A stretch of 32,000 nucleotides of DNA from an uncultured archaeon (GTDB taxonomy: Archaea > Iainarchaeota > Iainarchaeia > Iainarchaeales > JAAZKV01), in the NCBI GenBank assembly GCA_964551375.1, contig CAZKBG010000001.1:540001-572000 (forward strand), given 5' to 3'. Every line of letters begins with the position of its first letter. The first letter of the stretch is position 1. Below the pieces are notes generated by a model, which was not told the origin of the DNA, did not search any database, and saw only the letters and a program-made list of their open reading frames with translations. Position numbers and translations under genes: made by a program. Below, in pieces: positions 25,819-32,000 of this stretch.

Positions 25819-27177
25819 TTATCCAACCCAGTCAGAGTAATCATAAATTGTTGAATTAGTATCTCTTAGCCACTTAACTAAATAATTGCGCAAAGAGCCT
25901 GAAATGTATTTCTTAGGCTGTGGAACACACTTGTCTGAATCAGGAGCCACTATTACATACTCTCCGCGGTTAATTATCTTGCCTTTAATTGCGGACAAAT
26001 CATATGAATTGTAATCATACAAAACAAAACTTCCTCCGTTTTCAACAAACGCATTCCAATCCCCGATATCATAAGAACATTCTGCCACAATTCCCTCATA
26101 ATAAAAATAAACCCACTTATCACTGGCAATTTCACAGTTTTTCACAAATGAATCATTTGGAATTGACGGAGTGCTGTACCCAGCAGTTGAAATAAATCCA
26201 TACGAAGCTGAAATAAAAAATAATGCAAAAATAATGAAAAATAAGGCAATTATTTTTTTATTTTTATTTGCAACAAGAGCCGCATTAAATGCAACTCCTG
26301 GAACAAGCATGTTCATAAAACGCATTTCTTTTATTCCTGAAAGAGCAAACATTACCGCGCCAATTACGCCAGTAATATCAAGCGGGTGAACTTGTTTATC
26401 TTTTAATTTTGCCCAAATCAAAAGGACTGCAAATGAGGCTATGACAAGCAACTGGTCCGTATTGAAAGGAGCAATAATTCCCTTCATTTGAACATTTAAG
26501 AAAGATGATTCATAAATGCTGAAAATCGGGTTTCCTGTAAAGAGATAATTATACACCATCCAAGGAAGCCATATCACAAGTATTGGAAGAATAAATTTTC
26601 CAATATCTTTTGGCTTTTTTCGAAGCTCAAAAATGAAAACAACAATAAAAACCAAAAAATTGTATCTTGAAAGCGTGGCAAGCGCAAACGCAATTCCTTT
26701 TTTCCACGGAGAAAGCACAGCATATGCAAGACACAGAAATGCAAGCGCGGGCAAATCAGAGCCGTAATTTGACGCAAATAAAATTGTAGGGAATAAGAAA
26801 ACAACTAAAGCAAAGATGAACTGATTTAGTTTATTTTTATGCCTTGAAAAAATCAAAACCATTGATATAAAGTAAATTATTGCAGCAAATGCCGTAGTAA
26901 TAAGCATTGCATAATCTCCCGCGCCAAAAACACAATTCAAAAATGAAGGAAGAGGGGGGCGGATAAATTCAAAATAAATTTGATTTCCGCAAAACCATTT
27001 GCCTCCAAAAATATATGCAGTAGTGTCCCAGGCAATATGAGAAATATGAAACAACTGGATTATTAAAAAAGGAATAAAAAAAGTCACAAGCCATTTGTAG
27101 CTAAACAAAAAGCTTTTTGCTCTTTCAAAAGCCAAAAGCCCTTTCTTTTGAGCCGGTTTAATGCTTGATTTTGACAT
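25819..27177 (-). CDS. Putative polytopic membrane glycosyltransferase (GT-C/GT39-like)
   Basis: Polytopic, with an early loop acidic motif HIAWDTTAYIFGGKWFCGNQIYFEFIRPPLPSF resembling the GT39/ArnT D...G..Y....PPL pattern, and a soluble C-terminal tail. Confidence 0.6.
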   Translation of the reverse strand: MSKSSIKPAQKKGLLAFERAKSFLFSYKWLVTFFIPFLIIQLFHISHIAWDTTAYIFGGKWFCGNQIYFEFIRPPLPSFLNCVFGAGDYAMLITTAFAAIIYFISMVLIFSRHKNKLNQFIFALVVFLFPTILFASNYGSDLPALAFLCLAYAVLSPWKKGIAFALATLSRYNFLVFIVVFIFELRKKPKDIGKFILPILVIWLPWMVYNYLFTGNPIFSIYESSFLNVQMKGIIAPFNTDQLLVIASFAVLLIWAKLKDKQVHPLDITGVIGAVMFALSGIKEMRFMNMLVPGVAFNAALVANKNKKIIALFFIIFALFFISASYGFISTAGYSTPSIPNDSFVKNCEIASDKWVYFYYEGIVAECSYDIGDWNAFVENGGSFVLYDYNSYDLSAIKGKIINRGEYVIVAPDSDKCVPQPKKYISGSLRNYLVKWLRDTNSTIYDYSDWVG

Positions 27178-27185
27178 AAAAAAAA

Positions 27186-27830
27186 TTACTGACAGCCGAA
27201 TTCTTTTGAAAGCTCCGCCAAACCAACAGGAGCATTAATTTTATTCCCATCAATTACAATTGTCCCCGGGCGAGTCACACCGTATTTCTTTTCAATAATC
27301 TGCGTGAATTCATATGAAGGCCACGCATAAGGGAAATTAAACGCCCTAAAAGAATCGCATGTTTTTCTAAGCTCATTAATCTGCGAACCTATTACCCCGC
27401 ACTCAACTTCACAGGAATTATCTTCAGCATAAAAGAAAAGAACCGCTTTTTTGTTCAAATCGCATGATTCCTGTGATTTTAAAAAACTTCTATAAAGAAT
27501 CATATTAGTCATAAGATAATTTCTTTTCACCAAAAAGAACTCGTTAGTGCTTACTGAATTATCCTTAAACATCGCAAGCTGTTTTTCAAGAGTATCAGAG
27601 CGTTTTGAAAGATTTTCAATTCCCTGATTTATAATTGTGCAGTAAACTTCCCTGTTATTTACGTCAAAATCAAGATACGCGGATTGAAGCTCATTCTCAA
27701 GAGCAAACTGCCTTATCTCGTCGTTGAACTGAGATGCTTTGGAGCTTTCAGAAGTTGTAACCACCACAAAAAGCACAATTACTATCAGAATTGTAGCAAT
27801 TATTGCGGCTATGTAGACACTCTTACCCAT
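27186..27830 (-). CDS. Single-pass membrane-anchored protein, possible thioredoxin-like fold
   Basis: N-terminal TM (VYIAAIIATILIVIVLFVVVTTS). The C-terminus KKAVLFFYAEDNSCEVECGVIGSQINELRK...YGVTRPGTIVIDGNKINAPVGLAELSKEFGC is reminiscent of a Trx fold. Confidence 0.45.
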   Translation of the reverse strand: MGKSVYIAAIIATILIVIVLFVVVTTSESSKASQFNDEIRQFALENELQSAYLDFDVNNREVYCTIINQGIENLSKRSDTLEKQLAMFKDNSVSTNEFFLVKRNYLMTNMILYRSFLKSQESCDLNKKAVLFFYAEDNSCEVECGVIGSQINELRKTCDSFRAFNFPYAWPSYEFTQIIEKKYGVTRPGTIVIDGNKINAPVGLAELSKEFGCQ

Positions 27831-29134
27831 TTGGTTTTCACCCCAAGCATTTCCTTAAAATAACTCAATGTATAAGTAAATGTAATAAAATAAGGATATA
27901 TAAAAATAAGCATTGCTAGCACCGGCAAATCAGACACTTTAGGCCATCTTTTAGCAAAGGCAAATGAAATTGAGAAGTATAAAGTCACCACAATATAAGT
28001 CATTGCAAAGAAAATAACCGACGGCGGAACTGTCAGCATTATAAAGTCAAGATTAATCAGCCCCCCAAGCATAATATAGTTTATTGTAATTGACAAATAA
28101 TTTTCCAAATCAATCGCAAACAAAATAATCAGCCTTAAAAGAACCGCAATTGTAAGAACATTTGCAAAAAACACAAAAGGCATTACAAAAAATCCAAAAT
28201 CAGGATTCTTTTTATCAAACATCAAAGATTTGTAGCGGACAAAATTAAAAGTTGCCCCCCTATACCACCTGTCACGCTGGGTGAAGAGGCTTTTCCATGA
28301 GTTTGGAACATCAGTAAGAGTTAGAGCGTCAGCGGCGCACATGATTTTGTACCCGTGCTTTTTCAATCTTAACCCATATTCAGTGTCTTCTGTAAGATTC
28401 CCCGCTTCAAAACCTCCAAGTTCATCAAAAATCTTTTTTCTAAATATAGTCATCGGACCCGGAACAACATGCGAAGAATCAATTGAGGCAAGAAGAGAAT
28501 TATTCATCCCAAAACTTGAAAGGTACTCAAAGTACTGGATTTTTTGAATAATTGTTTTAGTTTTATCAGGGAGAGCAAGCCCTGTCACTGCAGCAACTTT
28601 TTCATCTTCAAAATATCCAAGAGTTTTATATAAAATGCCTTCTTCAGGATATGAATCCGAATCAATGCACATAATCATTTCTGTTTTTGCTTTTTTTATT
28701 CCCGCATTAACCGCCATTGAGCGCCCCATATTTTTTGGCTGCTTAATTAACGTGATTCCTTTTATTTTCTTTAAAATCTGAGTGGTGCCGTCAGTACAGC
28801 AATCATCAACAACAATTATGTCAATTTTTTTAGGATACTTTATTTTCTTAACAGTCCTAATGCACTCTTCAATAGTGTTTTTAGAATTAAACACTGGAAT
28901 TATTACTGAAATAGTGGGAAATCTTTTCGGAGGCATGGACTTGCCGCTCTTTGGATAAGCCACATACAAAAATACGTAAATTAGTATTCCAAATAGAACC
29001 ACTGAGTTAAAAACAATCCATACAAACACTGTAGGAAGGATGAAACTCAAAATAAGAACAACAATAATCAGAACTAATAAAGCGCCTAATAGAAAATACC
29101 TGTCAAACAACCCAAGCTTTTGCACATCAGACAT
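27809..29134 (-). CDS. Membrane glycosyltransferase family 2 (processive-type)
   Basis: TISVIIPVFNSKNTIEECI, IDIIVVDDCCTDGTTQIL, MIMCIDSDSYPEEG, GGFEAGNLTEDTEYGLRLKKHGYKI and TQRDRWYRG (QxxRW), with flanking TM segments. Confidence 0.88.
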   Translation of the reverse strand: MSDVQKLGLFDRYFLLGALLVLIIVVLILSFILPTVFVWIVFNSVVLFGILIYVFLYVAYPKSGKSMPPKRFPTISVIIPVFNSKNTIEECIRTVKKIKYPKKIDIIVVDDCCTDGTTQILKKIKGITLIKQPKNMGRSMAVNAGIKKAKTEMIMCIDSDSYPEEGILYKTLGYFEDEKVAAVTGLALPDKTKTIIQKIQYFEYLSSFGMNNSLLASIDSSHVVPGPMTIFRKKIFDELGGFEAGNLTEDTEYGLRLKKHGYKIMCAADALTLTDVPNSWKSLFTQRDRWYRGATFNFVRYKSLMFDKKNPDFGFFVMPFVFFANVLTIAVLLRLIILFAIDLENYLSITINYIMLGGLINLDFIMLTVPPSVIFFAMTYIVVTLYFSISFAFAKRWPKVSDLPVLAMLIFIYPYFITFTYTLSYFKEMLGVKTKWVRVST

Positions 29135-29253
29135 TTTTTCACATTCTCTTTTGAATTTATTACTTCATTCTGACTTTTGACTTAATAAGAACTGATTTTA
29201 ACAGTATTAAATACTTTTGAGTCAAACCTATAAAACAAAAAAATGCATCAGGA

Positions 29254-29973
29254 TTATTTGATGCTGCCTATAATATCGTTAACCGAATTTAAAAGCGCGT
29301 TTGCATCAGGATAAGCCTGAAGCACTACTAACTGGTTTACCACGCTTATTGTGTCGCGACCTGTCGCAAAAATCTTCAAACTATTTTTTGATAAATACGC
29401 TGCATTCTCTTCCCCAATGCTAATAAGTATTTTCATTTTTGAATCATCCTTCAAAAGCGCTGCGCAGGAACTAGCATCAATTCTTTTGCTCACTGAAATA
29501 TTGCCGTCATTTGTAACGCAAAAAGCAACATTATTATTTTCATCAATTGCCCTGTTAAGCATAATTGCGTTTTTATTTGACGCTTTTAAAACAACAAGCC
29601 AGGTAAGCTCTGAATCAACAACCATCTGGTCCCTTGTCTGGGTTCCTGTATCAATTGAAACATAAATGTCATTATTGCTCTTCATTTCTTTAAAGAACTC
29701 GCTTGGGACGTAATCATTTGAAAGGTAAGATACCCCGTTAATATTGTAAGAATACTTATACTTAGGCATCGAAAAGAAGAGCGCAAGCGCGATAATGAGC
29801 ACTAAAACTACTGCCCCGATAATCAAAAACTTAGTGTTAATTCCTTTTCCTGACTTTTTTTTCTCTTTCGAATAGTTCTCGCCGCTTGCAACATCGGCTT
29901 TTTCAGCCGCGCTTGGCTCGCTTTTAACATCAATTACCTTAATACTATCCTTGCTTGCTTTCTTTTCAACCAT
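29254..29973 (-). CDS. Hypothetical single-pass membrane protein with extracytoplasmic domain
   Basis: Charged N-terminus, TM INTKFLIIGAVVLVLIIALALFFSM, then a ~165-aa domain with two Cys residues. ATG 29973. Confidence 0.55.
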   Translation of the reverse strand: MVEKKASKDSIKVIDVKSEPSAAEKADVASGENYSKEKKKSGKGINTKFLIIGAVVLVLIIALALFFSMPKYKYSYNINGVSYLSNDYVPSEFFKEMKSNNDIYVSIDTGTQTRDQMVVDSELTWLVVLKASNKNAIMLNRAIDENNNVAFCVTNDGNISVSKRIDASSCAALLKDDSKMKILISIGEENAAYLSKNSLKIFATGRDTISVVNQLVVLQAYPDANALLNSVNDIIGSIK

Positions 29974-30198
29974 ACAAATAACCTTCTACAAAAGTAATAT
30001 AAATAAATTCAAAATCATAGCCAACTAACGAATAAACCAAAATAATTCTGCCTCACAAAATCAATAACTTAGACACTTGGCTAATAATTTAATAATTCCA
30101 CCTTTAAATTTAAATAAAAATTAAAAAAATAAAAATAACCCTCATAAATATTCTAACAAATAAATCAAAAATTTCGTTTGATGTTAAAAAAAATAGAA

Positions 30199-30230
30199 AA
30201 AGAAAAAGGGAATTGCTTCCCTTTTTCTTT
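30199..30230 (-). terminator. Perfect 14-bp inverted repeat with 4-nt loop downstream of the S-layer gene
   Basis: AAAGAAAAAGGGAA (30199-30212)-TTGC-TTCCCTTTTTCTTT (30217-30230). On the minus strand it is followed by a TATTTTTTTT tract and starts about 10 nt past the stop. Confidence 0.65.
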
Positions 30231-30240
30231 ACTTCAATAT

Positions 30241-32000
30241 TTACTGTAGAGTATCTAAAGCTGCGATTAATGCTTGTGCAGCTGTAGCTGTGTCGTCTGC
30301 AGTCCATCCTGCTACAACTATGCTACCGTCTTCTAGAACAGCTGATACGTAGTCTCCGCCAGCAGTTAGTCTGCTTTCAAGAGTTTCTCCGCCAACCATC
30401 ATTGACTTTGATACTTTAGTGTTTGCCATCCATCCACCAACAAGGATTGATTTTCCGTATGATGATGTCTTGTCTGACTTAACTAAGTTAGCAACTGGTG
30501 TTACAGTTACGCCTGAAGCTGTGCCTGCTGTTCCTGAGATAGAGTTAACTTTTACAGTTACTCCACCGTTAGTAACAAGGTCGCCTGCTTTAACGCCTGT
30601 GTAGTCAGTTCCTGCGCCTGGTGTTGATACTAAATCAGCACCGCCCAAGTATACCTGTGCTTGTCTTCTTTCTTCTGGCAATACAACTGTGAATACGCTT
30701 CCGTCTGAAGAGATTGAAGTTCCGTATTGAGTCATACCGCTTTCTAAGTAGTCTGATCCTCCTCTAATTGAGTCATTCCACTGTGAAGATGCAGCATCTT
30801 TAGTTGGAGCAGATAAGTTAGTGCTGTTTGCTTCAACGTCAAGAACGTTTCCTGTTGCTGTGTTGATGTACATGTTTACATCCTTTGTTGCTAGTGATCC
30901 AGTTACTCCTTCATTGAACTTGAATACTGCAACGTTGAATGATTTATCATTTGTATAGCCCAAAGTTGATGAGTGAGGCTCGTACCATGATCTATTTATA
31001 TCCCCAGTTTCAGTTTCGCCTGATGGAACAGCAGTACCCAAAAATGTCAGCTCAGTAGTGTAGTTAAGAGCTGTTTTGCTGTACAAGTCAAATGTTTGAT
31101 CTCCAGCCAATGCTAGGTAGTTGTCCTTCATCAAATTACCAACTGATACTGTTGTTGGATATCTGAACACATAATCTGTTTTGTCAACTATTCCGTTTCC
31201 GTAAGCGCCTAAATCTAAGCTTACTGTAGGGAATGTTGGAGCTAGAACAGGTGTGCCAGTAACTAACTTGCTTGTCCATGTTACTGTATTTGACCAATCT
31301 CCAGATGAGTTATTGTCAAATGATCCTAAAGCATATTGCAGAACAGAGTCTGTATTAACATCTGCCTTGTCAAAGAAATGGAATGTGTATGTTCTTCCAT
31401 TGATTGTTACTTTAGAATATGCATCTTCTGTCAACTGGTTTTCAACATAGAACGGTAGTTCGATTGTTGAACCCTTATAGTCCTTGTATGCTAACTTTCC
31501 CCCACCTAAAGTGTGAGTTGTAGTTGGCTTGTCTTCAAGTCCTACGAAGCTCAATTTAGCGAAGTTAGTTCCGATGTTAATTGATTCACCAACTTTTAAT
31601 GGTGCTTTAACAAGGTCTGAAGTTGATCCTGAAGTCTGATCGTATCTCCAGTTGTTATAGATTTTAATACTATTCAACTTATAGTTGCCTGCTGTGCCGT
31701 AATCAATATCAGCTTTCCAAGCAGCTTTGTTGTTTTCGCTACTGTTTGTTGAGTATGGGAATGCTTCGTTGTCTCTAATTTCAAGTCTTGTGTTACCTGT
31801 TCTTAGTGACACGTATGCTTTTCCTGCTGTTGTAGCACTTATACCAACGTATGTAACGTAAACAGTGTCAGCGAATTTGTCGCCGAATGCGCTCTTTAGG
31901 TCAGTATTGTTTGAAATATTGTCCTTTGAGTCAACAACAGTTGATCCGTCCTTTAGAACGAATGATGCTGTGTATGTTACGTTATCAGCAGTTTTTGTTA
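30241..32000 (-). CDS. S-layer protein, C-terminal portion; gene runs off the right window edge
   Basis: Open frame through base 32000 (TKTADNVTYTASFVLKDGSTVVDSKDN...). The C-terminal SSYGKSILVGGWMANTKVSKSMMVGGETLESRLTAGGDYVSAVLEDGSIVVAGWTADDTATAAQALIAAL resembles archaeal S-layer C-terminal domains. Confidence 0.85.
   Translation of the reverse strand, partial: TKTADNVTYTASFVLKDGSTVVDSKDNISNNTDLKSAFGDKFADTVYVTYVGISATTAGKAYVSLRTGNTRLEIRDNEAFPYSTNSSENNKAAWKADIDYGTAGNYKLNSIKIYNNWRYDQTSGSTSDLVKAPLKVGESINIGTNFAKLSFVGLEDKPTTTHTLGGGKLAYKDYKGSTIELPFYVENQLTEDAYSKVTINGRTYTFHFFDKADVNTDSVLQYALGSFDNNSSGDWSNTVTWTSKLVTGTPVLAPTFPTVSLDLGAYGNGIVDKTDYVFRYPTTVSVGNLMKDNYLALAGDQTFDLYSKTALNYTTELTFLGTAVPSGETETGDINRSWYEPHSSTLGYTNDKSFNVAVFKFNEGVTGSLATKDVNMYINTATGNVLDVEANSTNLSAPTKDAASSQWNDSIRGGSDYLESGMTQYGTSISSDGSVFTVVLPEERRQAQVYLGGADLVSTPGAGTDYTGVKAGDLVTNGGVTVKVNSISGTAGTASGVTVTPVANLVKSDKTSSYGKSILVGGWMANTKVSKSMMVGGETLESRLTAGGDYVSAVLEDGSIVVAGWTADDTATAAQALIAALDTLQ

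Noticed and set aside
1-32000. CRISPR, restriction-modification, toxin-antitoxin, prophage or secondary-metabolite systems
   Set aside because: None of the ORFs shows recognisable signature motifs of these systems and no regular repeat arrays are visible.

Overview
This is an archaeal chromosomal segment. It carries topoisomerase VI A/B, a RIO kinase, a Pno1/Krr1-type KH protein, aRF1, ribosomal protein L10e, Dph2, TruD, a BHB-intron tRNA and an S-layer gene. Small, densely packed genes with GGTG-type Shine-Dalgarno sequences and many TTG starts are consistent with a DPANN-like lineage, but that placement is inference. The ordinary core is roughly 0.5-5.1 kb and 16.7-25.8 kb. The best candidate for an under-described system is the metal-handling locus at 7753-12493. 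It has a divergent membrane-anchored winged-helix protein with a Cys/Cys/His extracytoplasmic loop, and an intergenic region with a 12-bp tandem repeat spaced 22 bp around a TATA-like box. A long composite hairpin follows, immediately before the ribosome-binding site of a small HMA metallochaperone. Downstream are an HMA-TauE/SafE-cupredoxin fusion and a CopA-type P1B ATPase. Other notable items are an 84-nt structured intron in tRNA-Gly(CCC), a ThiI/THUMP-like protein whose PP-loop motif is degenerate, a UMP kinase with a Ser-rich N-terminal extension, a shortened DUF1846 protein, a DUF523 fusion, a repeat cluster upstream of the topo VI operon, and bacterial-terminator-like hairpins after the S-layer and L10e genes. 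A cell-surface and glycosylation block occupies 25.8-32.0 kb. I saw no CRISPR array, transposase or prophage. All family calls come from motif recognition by eye, with no database search.
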